A DNA stretch of 63,892 nt, filler included, from Dirinaria sp. TL-2023a (taxonomy: Eukaryota): NCBI GenBank assembly GCA_051941275.1. It is 28 parts of 28 records of this genome, joined end to end, with 100 filler letters (N's around TTAATTAATTAA, not from the genome) between each part and the next. Parts side by side here need not be neighbours in the genome. Positions count along the whole stretch, not along the records: positions 34,518 to 36,703 come from JAVEBF010002364.1; positions 36,804 to 38,989 come from JAVEBF010002365.1; positions 39,090 to 41,275 come from JAVEBF010002366.1; positions 41,376 to 43,561 come from JAVEBF010002367.1; positions 43,662 to 45,845 come from JAVEBF010002368.1; positions 45,946 to 48,106 come from JAVEBF010002369.1; positions 48,207 to 50,366 come from JAVEBF010002370.1; 21 more parts are not named here. The stretch is one strand, 5' to 3'. The position numbers and the translations under genes are program-made. The first letter of the stretch is position 1. Every line of letters starts with the position of its first letter. The notes beneath the pieces are model-generated. The model was not told where the DNA came from and ran no database searches. It saw only the letters and a list, made by a program, of their open reading frames with translations. Shown piece after piece: positions 36,668 through 50,366 of the stretch.

Positions 36668-37290
36668 TTACCCACGATCAACCCCGCCTTCCCCCACCCC
36701 TATNNNNNNNNNNNNNNNNNNNNNNNNNNNNNNNNNNNNNNNNNNNNTTAATTAATTAANNNNNNNNNNNNNNNNNNNNNNNNNNNNNNNNNNNNNNNNN
36801 NNNGCCATGCTGAAGCTTTTCCGTACTGTTTCGAGCTCCTTAGAACTCAAGCTTGGAGTACAGTCCCGCCAGCAAAGACGCCTCCACAGAGCTCACAAAG
36901 TCTCTATAACCTTTGGAATCCAGAGCGTCCAGAATGAAGCACGTCGGAATTTATGCAAGCATTTCTGATGTTGATTGGCCCAGGTGGTTTTCAAGTGGCG
37001 CTCAGTCTAGTAGCCTAAATTCAAGGCTCAGTTGATCCAGCGAGAATACTCATCAAACCCGCTTCAATTTTTTCAGTCTGTCCAACGATCGCCCAAGGTG
37101 AGAAAACTCTCTCGCTTCGATATCAATCTCATGGCTATGAGTTACAAACAAACGCAATCTATTAACGAATGTCCCTAATATATTGACACGAAAAGACGCT
37201 TGTAAGAATGTACAAGCTGGCCCAAGACGGAACCAAGCTTCTTCAGAGCACACCGGCCTATACACAAAGTCTCCAAACTTCACCAAGAGA

Positions 37291-38079
37291 CTACTCAATG
37301 AACTCATCAGCACACACTGGCTGTCCTTTCCCACCGCAAATCTGGTCATACGTCTCCGACACCATGATATAGCTTGGATAATTCGCATCGAACGCCTCGC
37401 CTGTAGTGCCATTTTCCACGGGGAGAACCTTCAAATTAGCCGACGCGGCATTGAGTCCCCGCACGCCCCCGCATGTGCCCGCCATCGGGGACAAAATGTC
37501 GTTTACGCAGTGATCCAAGCTTGGGTTCGGGGCGCTGGTGTTTTGGGTGGTGGGGAGCCAGGCGCCGAACGTACAGGCGATGCCGCCGGAGCTCCAGATC
37601 CATTGACCTCGAGGCGGGGCATCGGAGCCCTGTTGGGAGAGCATATCACAGAGATTTTGGATGTTAGAGATGCATGATGCGGGATTTATGAAGCCCCCGG
37701 TACCATCTTGAAGGCAGTAGATTGTGCTGACGGAAGGTTGAACATAGTAGCCAATTTGTAACTGATCCGGAGTTAAAGACTGGCCACTGACGCCTTTCCG
37801 AGTCACGTTAAATTGCCCACAAGTTGATGGGGTATCTGGGGGATAGCCGGGAGGTGCGCAATTGGAAGGTTTATTTTTTATTGTACTATTGTGGACGACT
37901 GGGACGACAGAGACTTGGCCATCTGGAGGGTTATCCGTATTCGACCGTGCGAAGAGGTTAGCAGGAACAGTGGCGTGAAGGCCAATGGGCGCTGGAATTG
38001 GTTGTCTAGGTGAAAGTCCGCTCGGATGGGCTGCCGCTGTACCAAGGATTGCCAGCAGGAGATGAAGATACGGGTGCAT
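37291..38079 (-). CDS. Secreted cysteine-rich protein of unknown function
   Basis: Signal peptide MHPYLHLLLAILGTAAA and 10 Cys in a complete intronless 262-aa ORF. Confidence 0.8.
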   Translation of the reverse strand: MHPYLHLLLAILGTAAAHPSGLSPRQPIPAPIGLHATVPANLFARSNTDNPPDGQVSVVPVVHNSTIKNKPSNCAPPGYPPDTPSTCGQFNVTRKGVSGQSLTPDQLQIGYYVQPSVSTIYCLQDGTGGFINPASCISNIQNLCDMLSQQGSDAPPRGQWIWSSGGIACTFGAWLPTTQNTSAPNPSLDHCVNDILSPMAGTCGGVRGLNAASANLKVLPVENGTTGEAFDANYPSYIMVSETYDQICGGKGQPVCADEFIE

Positions 38080-39089
38080 ATCGAACGGACGATGGGTCCG
38101 AATGATAGGCGTAATTTTGTGGGGAATACGAAAACGAGAAACAAGGAAGCATCAAGCGAAAGAGATGCAGCTGCAAGCCTCATTCATATACCTTACCAAT
38201 CAAGCTCCCGTGATGGAACTATTCGACTTTGCTACGCCGGCTTGTTTATGCGGGTGTCACGCGGGTCGGCTGTCGTTTCGCGGCTATTGATGGTGAGTTC
38301 TTAAAGTAGGCACGGAAACGCAAGTGATACGTTGAATTGTTTCTTCTAACCGTTGCCAAGACGCCAGTGGGTCAAGAAATCTAGATATTAAAGCGTCGGG
38401 AGAATAATCCTTTGGGTCCAGAGTCAAGTGACTTTCAATTATTCATACGGGTATACCAACGATCATGTGACCATCAATGCTCCATGACCAAGATCAAGCC
38501 GTGAAATCGTCCTATGAATCTCTTTAGGAAGATATGATGGCACTAATAGAAAGCCATTTTGAGCATCAAATCCATACCTTCTTTGTAAAATAAACCGTGA
38601 CGAAATGATCCCCCTCTTCCACTCCCCCATATCCCCCCTCACCATCTCCTCCTCTATGTACCCTGCAAACCACTCCAATCCTCGCAGACGCGGACGTCGC
38701 CAACGTAGGCCTCTCCCTTTCCCACGATAGCATCAGCAGAGGCTACGAGCCCGCCTCAAAAATACCAGCACAAAATGTAACAAAGTTTATTTTCCCCTTG
38801 ATCAAAAGCCGATTCGAGGGCACGCCGGTCAAGATTCCTCACAAGTACACAAAGCCATTCAAAAGGGAGTACATTATTATAGAGGCCCTCATAAACACAA
38901 AATACGCATGACACGAATTCAATTTTATGAAATTTGGAATGGGTTCCTGTCAGATTGAGGTGTTTTGGGGAGGTGAATTGAACCCAAGTNNNNNNNNNNN
39001 NNNNNNNNNNNNNNNNNNNNNNNNNNNNNNNNNTTAATTAATTAANNNNNNNNNNNNNNNNNNNNNNNNNNNNNNNNNNNNNNNNNNNN

Positions 39090-40594
39090 AAGCCTGTGGT
39101 CGTGTGGAGCATTAAGCGCTTATCCACAGCTTTTGTCCCACCGAGGCAATGCATCCTCAAGGAACATAATATGCGGTCAGCTCGAGAAGGAGACGCCTGG
39201 AATGCTCCTGAGGTAGCGCTGTGGCAACCGGGGACTGACCACGATCTGACCATGTGCGAGGACACTGAAATCGTTGACTGGAATTTTAAAGATGATGAGC
39301 AATCGCCGCACGATTGCAATAGGGCGCGAGGAACGGTTTTAAGTCACGACGGTAGCCTTCTGCTCATAAGCGACGTGAATGGAACACTCAGTATTCGGAC
39401 TGTGCAAGAGTATCGACTTACCTACCGTCTCAAGTATGAAGAGCTTGTCACAGACATGGCCTTTTCACCCGACGGAACTCGATGCTATGACATCCGCGGC
39501 CTTTTCTGCAATGTCTGGGAGCCTGACGCCCTTATCAGGTCACAAGATATAGATTAAGACAGCGCCTCGGGCAACTACGATACAATCCATTCGGAGCCGG
39601 TGATCTCGTTTGATGATACTACCCGTGTTCCCATTACGTCGCTGATTTGCAACTCGTCGAACAACCCTCTACTGCTGTGGGAAGGAGGACGGCACAGTGG
39701 TGGTTTACGAGATATCGGAAGGAAGAAAGTTCGCTAGATCGCCAAACATGGATCGTCTGCATCTGTCATTCAGCTAGCATGGTCTGTTTCAGAGAAGTAT
39801 GTTGTATCCGGAGACGATTCTGGACGGATAATGGTGAAAAGGCTGGAGCCTCCGACAAGCGGCAAAGCCGAATGGGTGGTGATTAAGGTCATCGATAAGC
39901 GTATCGACGAAGCAATCGAGAACTTGCCGTTCCACGCTCAAGATAGACTTCTTCCCATCGCCGGCCGAACCACTGCCTATGTTATAAATTTCAAGACTGA
40001 GACAGAGCTTTGCTGCGCCTGTCACCCAGAGCAACGGGAGGGACTATGGATCAATCACCCAACTTCCCCGACTCTCCTAATCAAGATAGGTGCCGTTCAA
40101 ATTCGGCAATGTTTTTGAAAAAGTCTTCTTCCTCAGGAAGAGTCCATCAGCTCATTTTTTCAAGACGTTCAACTCGCTATCCCACAAGGCAAAGTCCAAC
40201 GAGCAATCCATCTTAGCGAACGCTGGCTCATTCTTGAAGTCCTATCCAGTGACCCAAAACATGCCAATTCCAGAATCGGGATATAGAATTGCTTGACCTT
40301 CAAAAATTGCATGACACCGGCAAAAGCAATCGGACGAAAACTGGTGGCTTACCCAAGCACGTTCGGTGTTTGATCAGCTGCTTCTGAGATCAAGTGGTAT
40401 TTATTGACTATCAATTCTGGCTATGCACATGGGCCATGGAACTGGCATATAGCAAGCACAAGCGGCAATTCTTTCTCTCTAAAGACTAGCTGAGTCCAAC
40501 GGCTCTAAAAGTTATTGTTTTGAATGCGCAAGGGACACTGATTTGCCCAAGGAATGGAGAGGTTGCGATCGTAGGATCAGGCTTGAAGTATTAA
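39090..40594 (+). pseudogene. WD40 C-terminal region of a NACHT-WD40 (NLR-like) gene, disrupted
   Basis: LSHDGSLL, MAFSPDGTRCYDIRG..CNVWEPDAL, CGKEDGTV, VSGDDSGR and terminal CPRNGEVAIV. TAA at 39555 plus several frameshifts. Confidence 0.75.
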
Positions 40595-41375
40595 GTTGCA
40601 CAACAATAGTCATAAGACATTTAATGTCAAAGCGTGGCTCATGTGCTGACGCTTACGCATTTCATCTTCTGCCCGCAACGTATCGAAGTGCGGCGCATGC
40701 ACTGGCCCGAGAATATGCTCAACTCTTGCGACACTGCGGTGAGTGCAGTTCCAGGTACTTATTCAACCTTTCATGTCCATGTCCCACAGAACAGCCAGAT
40801 CAGGATTCTAGTTGTTGATTGCGCCATGGCAATGAATATTTATTTGCTAGCATCTTGCCTTTTTCTTTCGGTGTCGACGTGTCTGCCCAAGGCGCTGCTT
40901 GTAGTCCCGGTTTCACAACCATTGCAACCGTTTGTTCCGAATACCACCATATTCCCATTCCTGAACCGATATCTACATCGGTATGCCTCATAAGACGATT
41001 CATTGTCGTCAAGGCTGCTAAAGGAGAAGTATTGACAGGAACCTCACTGATTGGCCGCCTTTCCCTTACGTCGTCCCCGTGCCAAACCATCCCGGGGCAG
41101 AGCTACGCTTTGGATACGCAGGCGACGTCGGTATAGATGACCAGACGCGCGAAGCTATCGATCTGATGCAGTATGAGATTGCATGGTACTTGGCGCACCC
41201 GCTGCGATGGGGACCCGATCGCATGGTCGCCAAAAAGAAGACTACGCCGATAACTATGCAATGCGAAGAAGTTGANNNNNNNNNNNNNNNNNNNNNNNNN
41301 NNNNNNNNNNNNNNNNNNNTTAATTAATTAANNNNNNNNNNNNNNNNNNNNNNNNNNNNNNNNNNNNNNNNNNNN

Positions 41376-42772
41376 GTGAGGAAACATAGGATGTCCCCCG
41401 GCAACGGCTCCTTGGTGTGGATGGAGAGGATCTGCGATATGCTTGCGTCGAGCCAATTTGCGATCGGTGAGGGGGTGTAGTGCACCGAGACCGGGTATTG
41501 GCGGCCTGCGACGCGGATGGTCGAGATGTGTTGGGAGGAGGAGGAGGAGGATGGTTTGGGGGATGATGGTGGCGGCGGCGGGTCTTGGTTAGGATGGGAT
41601 TTGAGAGGTGGAGTGGTTGATGAGGTTTTGGTTGGTCGAGGTTTACTACGTTCAGCGATCATGGATTCGGTTTTTCGACGGTCCAGGGGTTGGCCGAAGT
41701 CGTAGTCTAGAGGATGGTGGAGGTTGCTCTGTGGTGTGATGGCTTGCTCTTCCTCTTCCTCGTCAGCTGAAGAGAAGCCGGACCATTCTGGTTCTTCTAG
41801 AGTCTCGGGATCTATTTCTTCGTTGGTTTTGTTGTCGTTGTTGTTGGAGGAGGAGGAATCACGCATCTCATGGATTTTAGATGATTGGTCCAGGGTGGTG
41901 GCACAGGAAACAAGGGGTTTTTCTTCTTCTTCTTTCGAGTATCTCATCTGTCTATATCCATCTTCGAAGAATTCTCTGAGATGGTCCGTCTCCGCCGTCG
42001 CACTCATGATGACCACTTTCAGAGGCACTCCTCCCCTCCCTTCTTTCTTGCCCGTGACCATCTGCCTCATGAACCCCAGCAGCAAATCGACGTTGATGCC
42101 TCTCTCGTGCACCTCGTCCAAAACCACGGCGCTGTAGTTGCGCAACCACGGATCGCGCAGCATCTCCTGGAGGAGCATGCCCTCGGTGAGAAACTTGATC
42201 CGGGTGCTGGGCGACACCGACTGATTGAATCGGACCGAGAAGCCCACTTTGCTGGCAGGCGAAGAGGAGCCGAGGGGGGTGGCCATCTCGGTAGCGACAC
42301 GCTCGGCCAGGGCGATGGCGGCGACTTTCCGGGGCTCCGTGACGGCGATGCAGCCGCCGACATGGGGGGGCTGCTTGTGCTGCCGGGTATCCTGGTCCGC
42401 ATCGTTGTAGTTGCGCCGACCGTTGACGGACGCTGCTGCTGCTGCTGCTGATGCTGCTGCTACTGCTGTCGCTTGACGTTGACGCTTACACCAGCCCTCC
42501 TCGACCAGGATCTGCGGTACCTGCGTGCTCTTGCCACTGCCGGTCTCGCCGACTATGAGCATGACATCTTTCTGGGCCAGCCCCTGCCTGATCTCATCCG
42601 CATGACCCCAAATGGGTAAATCTTTCCTCGCCCTTTCCAGGGCAGCTGCTCGCGCTCGGAGGCCGGATTGGGGGTGTGGTGACCGCATCGGGTCGACCAG
42701 CCGCTTCCTCTTTCTGGGGGAATCTTTGAGATCTCCAGAGATCTGGGAAAAGGATTCTTCGCATGTCATCAT
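41376..42772 (-). CDS. DHR2: DEAH-box RNA helicase Dhr2/DHX33-like, 3'-truncated; start uncertain
   Basis: GETGSGKSTQVPQ, TEPRKVAA, TPLGSSSPASKVGFSVRF, DEVHER, MSAT and PLPGDILCFL. Confidence 0.85.
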
Positions 42773-44929
42773 CGACAACTTAAACCAACATCCTTGACTC
42801 GCCCTGTCGAAGTAGGGGGGGGGAGGGAGTTGCTCGCCGATTGGATGAGGTTCGATCTCAGCGAGATCCCCGTCTCAACCTCGCGTAAGGCAGGCCGGTC
42901 TGTCAAAGCGTTTTGACGTGCACGTTCTTGTCATCTTCCCTGTCGTGGAGGTGCACCGGGTCGCCGGGATACAGATGCTGAACCCCAGTGCAGATCCCCG
43001 AGCGTCACCGATCACTGCCACCTCTTGCCCTTTTCTTGGGGGGGCTTTTTTGGCTTTTTTGGCTTTCTTTGCTGTTTTTGCGTTTTTTTACCTTTTAAAC
43101 TACCTTGCTTTTACCTACAGGATGGCTTGCACGTGCATATCCTGTCCGTAATTAAGGTCCGTAATACATAAGGTACCTTGATGTGTGAAGGAAAGCGTAC
43201 CTCGTACCTGACCTTAAAGTATCTTATCTCGCTTAACCAGCGCCAATTCAGGGTTCGGACCGCCCAGTTAGCGTTCCGTCGATTGAAGAGATGAGAGGAT
43301 GAGAGAGGCGAGAGAGAGCCGACAGCGGACAGACGGACATGGGGTCAGGGAACTTCCCCTCGCTTCCCAGCCAGCTACACAGTAAGTGGAGAAAATACCC
43401 TTAACCAGGTTTCTCCCTTCCATGCATTTGCCCTTGCTGGCGGTCGGGGCGCACAGTCTGTTCAAACTCCCACTTCCGCTTTCTTTTCTGTCTCTACCCT
43501 CTACCCTCCCCACCGCTTGTGTCCGAGCTACGTACTTGTACAGTACGTACCTGCTTCCCACNNNNNNNNNNNNNNNNNNNNNNNNNNNNNNNNNNNNNNN
43601 NNNNNTTAATTAATTAANNNNNNNNNNNNNNNNNNNNNNNNNNNNNNNNNNNNNNNNNNNNTCGTGATATTCAATTTATAATAACGCGATCGATCAGATT
43701 ACTTTAATTCAGAGCTCTCCAGGTATTAGAAAGTCACAGCTGGTCTCCCAACTGACACTCTATTTCCTCGCGAGGAAGACTGTCTTTATGATAACATCAG
43801 ACAGCAATGTAGCATTAATATCAATGTCCAGAGACTGCTCGGAGAAGTCAACTGGCTGAGATGAGATGCGAATAGGTGTATCGGGTGATGCCAGATGCCT
43901 TAGGCCAGTGTACAGCAGATCTGGAATTCAAGTCTGACAGGATAATTCCGATGAGGATTTCTACAGTCTGCACCTCGTCCTTGAGGGTTCTCTAAGGAGA
44001 ATCTCGAACTGTCACCTTAAATCAGGTTAGACGACATAATTCGAGCGAGCTTAGCTACTTACCTCCAGTCTCAGCTAAGTAACACCGAAATGGATCACAA
44101 GAGACGACGAGATCAGCTGATCTTTCATAAATTCAAGGACCATGCGAAGCTGTTAGAGTACTTCCCAGATAAATAATCTCAGCATCTTATCGAACGAGCG
44201 TCCATACTCGCATACTACAGAGACAGCTGAATACACTTGAGCGAGGAAAGCCAGACATGGGAAGGAATTTTTCGAAGAGGAACAACTCACAGTGATTCTA
44301 ATATGGCTATCGATGAGCTCATCAAGTGAACCACTCTGCCAGCGAAAGTGCGAAAAGGGTCTTTCGACTCCGAAATTTATGAAAATCTTGAATCGAAGTC
44401 TTTTAAGCTGAAGACACGTCTAACAGAGAACAGATCAGATTCGCATTAAGATGATAAACGCAAAAAAGACGAAGCTTCGATGGATCTTCTGAAGGGTGAA
44501 TCATCGACAAATATTTCTCGATTAAATGACATCGATGCAGAGCTTTCGAAAAGCGACAAACCGAGAGGAAAGTACTTGAGTTACATCAATACTCTTCAGC
44601 ATAAGCTCAGTGATAAGACTAGCGGTCGTTAGAGATAGACCAAATGCAATTCCATGATTTAGCAGTATGCTCGTTCCTAGTGAAGCCCGCACTCAAGTCA
44701 GTACTCCAAGTCGTAGTCTCAAGGTAAACATGGTGAAAGCGTAAGAATGAGATAACGATATCACGATGGACCACCAGCCCAATGAAGAGCCATCGCTAAA
44801 AATCGAAGCCGTTAAAACTGTATCAGGACTACAATCAGAGGGTATCGCCGATGAGGATCTTTAAAAGCAAAATAATGCCCTCCACTTTCCCAAGCAAGCC
44901 AAAAAACGACACGAGAAAAGGTACCAGGT

Positions 44930-45545
44930 TGGCTATCCTAAGAAAACCTCCCATACCGGATTACGATAAGCACTGTAATACTCGTATATGTTCGGCTGGA
45001 AATCCAAGGATTCTTGCTCTGTGACAAGGAGTATGGCCCAGACCGTCCCTTTTCGATTCCCTACCCTCACATCCACAGCGTTCACGGACGGCTGTCCCTC
45101 AGCAGTTACTCTAAGCATATCACAAACAGAGGAAATTTTGCCCTTCGAGAACCGATATTCTGGGTCCACTCCACGATTCAGTTTAACACGCGGATAACAT
45201 CATATCTAGGAGAGGGATATAATTTCATTATGCGTGGGGTTCGACCCGCGTTAGCCTGCTATACTGATGCGAAACAAAAGAGGTCTGTTGAATTACGAAT
45301 CGCTATGACCGCGATCGATGATGTGTCAATAGAAGATGGAGTACTCGATCTTCGACAGTTTTGGTACTCGGAAACATGATGGCAGTAGAAAGCAAGCTGT
45401 GGATCTCCCGTTCAAATTATGGCATATTCTCAAGGTCATGGATAAAGGCAGTCAAAGGTTGCCGGTTGGTTGCACGCTGGACTGGCGCTCGAGTAGTAGG
45501 GGCTCCTCCCAGTACGAGCTACAGCAGTATCTCGAGTGGATCTAA
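44930..45545 (+). pseudogene. Possible decayed gene of unknown family
   Basis: Protein-like overlapping ORF fragments at 45014..45379 and 45336..45545, separated by stops and frameshifts. Confidence 0.25.
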
Positions 45546-46807
45546 TGATTCAAAGCTGGGGCGATGATTTTTCGCGTTGAAGAATTTAATGATGAGATGG
45601 GTTCATGCTTTATTGGTCACTGCATGAGAGATTGAGTGGATTTTGCTCTTCAGGAAACTCATTCTATCCTTTTAGAGGTGGACACAACATTAGCCGAACC
45701 GCCTCGCGTAAACATGCCATCCAGTAAACTATCCATCACCAGCACGACCATGATTTACAACCGTCAAATAACCCTCTCCAAACCAGCCACCATGTCTCGA
45801 ACAACCATCCCTCGCACCATCCTCCCCTTCCGACCTCCTCCATCCNNNNNNNNNNNNNNNNNNNNNNNNNNNNNNNNNNNNNNNNNNNNTTAATTAATTA
45901 ANNNNNNNNNNNNNNNNNNNNNNNNNNNNNNNNNNNNNNNNNNNNTCGGGCCTGCAGCGCTCGACGGTGATGGCTGTGCAGCATGTGGAGAGGCTGAGCG
46001 AGTGTAGTGGTGCCGATGGCGGTGAAGCAGAATAGGAGCAGGGACGGGAACGGGAGATGCATTTTTTCGCGTCGCGGGTTTGTAGGAACAGATAGCAGTT
46101 GGACGATTGATGAAGATTGAAAAAGAGGAGTGTTACAGACAGCTCTATGCTATGCTTCTGTATATATAAACGGGGGTTTCGGTCTGCTCTGTGGCTGGCG
46201 AAATGCGAAAGGGTAGGTAGGTGGGACAGAGAGAGTTGGAATGTGGATACGGAGCGCGCGCCAACCTACCTTTTTATGCAAAATCTACTTACGGTCGCGT
46301 CCCGTATCCTGCTGATTATTGCTCTTTTTTACGCCGCTGTTATTGACTACTGACTGATAGGCGCAAGAGCCGCAACTTGACCGAGCTTGTTGTAACCTGT
46401 AAGCCGAGAGTTGCATATTGGCGTAGAATCTGATACGTTGACAAGTGCGGGATACGGGGTAAGGAAGTTCGGGAATAATTGAATTTTAGCCTTTTTACTT
46501 TTTAGGGTGTTGATTTGTTAGTGCCAAGCGTTTCGCTTAAGATTGAATTTCGCGTCCTTCCGGTTCCAACTTTTCAGGGCGCGCTGAAACGACTACAGGC
46601 GAAACACCCACCTGAGGGGAATATTATTTTCAATAAGGAAATCCCCATGGGTCGCATCGCTTTGACCGGATTTCCCATCTTCTGAGCGGCACGACACGGC
46701 TCGCTTAGTCTCACCTTCACAATTGCAGCTCCATGAGAAAGGCGTCGCGTCTATCCGACGCTTCCAAGCTTCCAAAGACCATGCCCTGAGCTAGCTTCGA
46801 CGCCGCA

Positions 46808-48106
46808 ATGGCGGATACAGAACCTTCCTACATCGATTACGAGACCTTCCTCGACCCGTCCTTCTCGCCTACCAGCTTCGCAAACACCCTTGTTCTGGGC
46901 ACCAACAGCCCCACCGATACCCCTCTTGACCTCTCAACCCCGCTCAGCAAAGTCCTTTTCGACATCCAAGAAATCGACACCCACATCCATTCTCTGACCA
47001 CCAAGAATGCCATCCCGTTGCTGGAGTCGCTGCGGGATGACACCGCGGCTGGCGAGAAGGTTGTTCAAGAGCTAGAAGAGAAGATCGGCAGTCTAAATGA
47101 AGGATACGAGCGACTGGAGAGAGAAGTAGTGGGGCGATACGAAGAGGCCAACACAGTGAGGCAGGTCTTGGAGCGACTATGGACCACCGGTCGAATCGGC
47201 CGCAGCGTGTCGAGATACCTGCAACTATGTCGACAGCTCGAAGCCCAGATGTCGGATTTCATTCCCACGACCGGGAACACAAACACAAACACAACTGCGA
47301 AGCAAAATGACGACCACAGAATAATGCCACGAGCCACCACCACAATCAGCACCATCCAAACCCTGCTCGCCTCCAACAAACCAGGCGAGGAAGGCGAAGG
47401 GTTGTCGCAGATCAACCTCGTCACCTCCCTGCAATCATCCCTCGTCAACCCATCCACGACCACGCTCCGCACGCGGGCACAGCAGATCATCAGCCAATTT
47501 AGCACCTCGTCCCTCTCCTCGGCCCCGAACAACCAAGGCGGGGGGCCAACGACATTCGCGCAGACGGAAGAAACCAAAGCGCGCACCGTCTCCGCCTGCC
47601 TGGCTCTCTGGATCCTCGCCCGGCCATCCTTGCTCCAAGCGCTGCAGACCTACCTGCGCACCGCACTCACCAGCTCCCTGGCATCCGTCGCGCGCGCCCT
47701 CGCCAACCTCCCCACCCTCGACCGCACGCTCCTCGAAGTCTCGGCGCGGTGCCAGAACGTCGTTGCCTTGGAGAGTCTACTGTCGACTATCTCCCCACCC
47801 ATTATTATCCCCGATACTACAACAACTCCATCCACCCCACAGCAGCAGCAGCAGCAGAATCTCCTCCAGCCCTTACTAGCCGCGCTCGATACTTCTTCTC
47901 TCCCCTCCTATTTCTGGCGTTCGCTCGCCGAAGGCCTGGCGCCGAGGGTGCAGGACCTGATCGCGAGAGGCGGAGCCCCAGCACGGGCGTTGCGAGCGCA
48001 GAGGGAGACCGTCAGGGAAGGCGTAAGAGGGTGTGTGCTGAGGGGGAGTAAAGGCGCGGGCGCGGGCGCGGGCGGGGGCGGGGATCGAGGAGGAGGGTGG
48101 GAGAGA
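46808..48106 (+). CDS. COG5: Conserved oligomeric Golgi complex subunit 5, 3'-truncated
   Basis: EPSYIDYETFLDPSFSPTSFANTLV..PLDLSTPLSKVLFDIQEIDTHIH, EVSARCQNVVALE and LDTSSLPSYFWRSLA. Confidence 0.92.
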
Positions 48107-48206
48107 NNNNNNNNNNNNNNNNNNNNNNNNNNNNNNNNNNNNNNNNNNNNTTAATTAATTAANNNNNNNNNNNNNNNNNNNNNNNNNNNNNNNNNNNNNN
48201 NNNNNN

Positions 48207-50366
48207 TGTGACTACAAGGATCATAAGAGACAAACGGCGACGAATCTTCTTGGAAACTTAGTAAAGCAGATTGTGCTACAGCACAAAGAAATGCCCGAAA
48301 ATGTTGCAAAACTACACGCAGAGTGTAAAACCTCGCCGTCACCAGCAAATTGCACGTCGCTACTCCTATCATTGTCAGCCAAGTTCAAGCGCTCTTTTAT
48401 CCTGGTAGATGCATTGGATGAACATTTCAGCAACGGAGATGATGATTTATTGGAGATGACTTTCTTGGACGAGCTGCTGCAACTGCAACATGGAGAGAAC
48501 ATTTCCCCGGGCTACTCAATCTTTCTCACATCGCGGGAACACTTGGTACTTCAAGAAAGACTAGGGGCGTGCGCTCGCGCTCGAATCTACGCTGCAGATG
48601 CGGACATAGAGATGTACTTACGATCCCGCATCTACGATCATACGAAGTTCGGATTTGCTACCAAGATGCGAGAAGATCCTCAGCTCGCTCAGAGCATACT
48701 AGAAAGCCTTTCAAGCAAGGCTCAAGGCATGTAAGTCTGCACCTCAAGTGTCTACCCCTCCTCTCATGTGCAAATGAATGTATAGCTGCTCGGCAGGTAC
48801 ATGATGATCAATCGAGTTTTCTGTAGCTTCTCTTCCTTCGGTGTTTGGTTGCTAGTCACGTATTATTGTTGCAGTGCTTCCTAAATGGCTGCCTTTTCGC
48901 CATCTTGCCTTTTTTGCTTTTTGGTTTTTTTGTCTTTTTTTGGGCTAGGGGAGTTGGAGAATCTATGTTTGACAGATGTTTGGAATGCTAGCGCTGGACA
49001 TCTGAGCTGATCAATCCTGCCTAGGTTTTTATTACCCCGTCTGCATCTGGACCGACTATCCTGCCAAACAAGCGTTCGCAATCTCCGAGCAGCCTTGGAC
49101 TCTCTACCGACCAAATTAGATGAGACCTATAACGAAGCAATGACTCGGATACGGGGTCAAGTATCCCAACATTGTGAGCTTGCAACGCTAGCACTTACCT
49201 GGATATCCCTTGCACTTCGTCCACTCGGAGTGCAAGAACTACAGCATGCGCTCGCTATCAGGCCTAGGGATCGAGAGTTCGATCAAGAGGCACTACCAGA
49301 TATTGCACTCGTTGTTTCAGTCTCCGCCGGGTTAATAACGGTCGATGAGGACGGTCAGGCAGTACGCTTGGTACATTTTACCGTTGAAGAGTATTTCAGG
49401 AAAATGAAGGCCAATTTGTTCCCACGTGCAGATATTCTCCTCGCAGAGGCTTGTATTACGTATCTCTCCTATGACCAAATTACGAACCATTCCCCTCCCG
49501 ACGAAGATATCTTTCCTCTTCTCCGGTATGCCGCAGAGAATTGGGGCCATCATCTCCGTGGACAAGCGGAGCGCACTCTTCAAAACCAAGTCTTCCACTT
49601 CTTGGAGGACGAACGGAATCTAAAGTACCCAAAGTATATTATTTCCCTATTCATTCGTAATATATATTTTGGGGTAATTCACATCGTTGCGTGCCGGCTC
49701 CACCTCCTCGTACATTTTGATCTAGGGTATATTTTAAATTTATATCTAGAAAAGGACCATGTTACGGACATCGAAGATGGCTCCTTCTTCACATCACTTC
49801 ACTTAGCAGCAGCCGAGGGACGCGATGGAATTGTGAAGCTACTACTTGGCCGAGACGATATGAATGTCAATTACTTAGATATGCAAGAAAGAACGCCACT
49901 CATGGTAGCTGCTTACTTAGGAAGAGATGCTATTGTCCGTGTGTTGTTAGATCTAGACGGTGTGCAAGCAGATCGTCAAGACGAAACGAGACGAACTCCC
50001 TTATCTTATGCGGCAGAAGCAGGACACGCAGACATAGTGAAAATGCTGCTCAATCGAGATGATGTGCAAGCAGATCATCAAGACAAATACGGACAAACTC
50101 CCTTATCTTATGCGGCAGGAGCAGGACGCAAAGACATTGTAGAAATGCTGCTCAATCGAGATGATGTGCAAGCAGATCATCAAGACGAATACGGACAAAC
50201 TCCCTTATTTTATGCGGCAGAAGCAGGACGCAAAGACATTGTAGAAATTCTGCTCAATCGAGATGATGTTCAAGCAGATCGTCAAAACGAAGAGAGACGA
50301 ACTCTTTTATCTTATGCGACAGAAGCAGGACATAAAAACATTGTAGAAATGCTGCTCAATCGAGAT
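48207..50366 (+). CDS. NACHT-ankyrin NLR-like protein, truncated at both ends; intron 48731..49024
   Basis: Walker B ILVDALDE, FLTSR, AQGM|FLLPRLHLD, LP..LDETY, RPL...ELQHAL, VHFTVEEYF and YAAENWGHH, followed by ankyrin repeats. Confidence 0.93.
49959..50366 (+). repeat. Four highly similar 102-bp ankyrin repeat units (49959, 50061, 50163, 50265)
   Basis: Exact 102-bp period with near-identical DNA; the array runs into the contig end. Confidence 0.95.

Noticed and set aside
40771..41275. Possible small secreted protein (MAMNIYLLASCLFLSV...)
   Set aside because: The frame breaks and no consistent gene model could be built.
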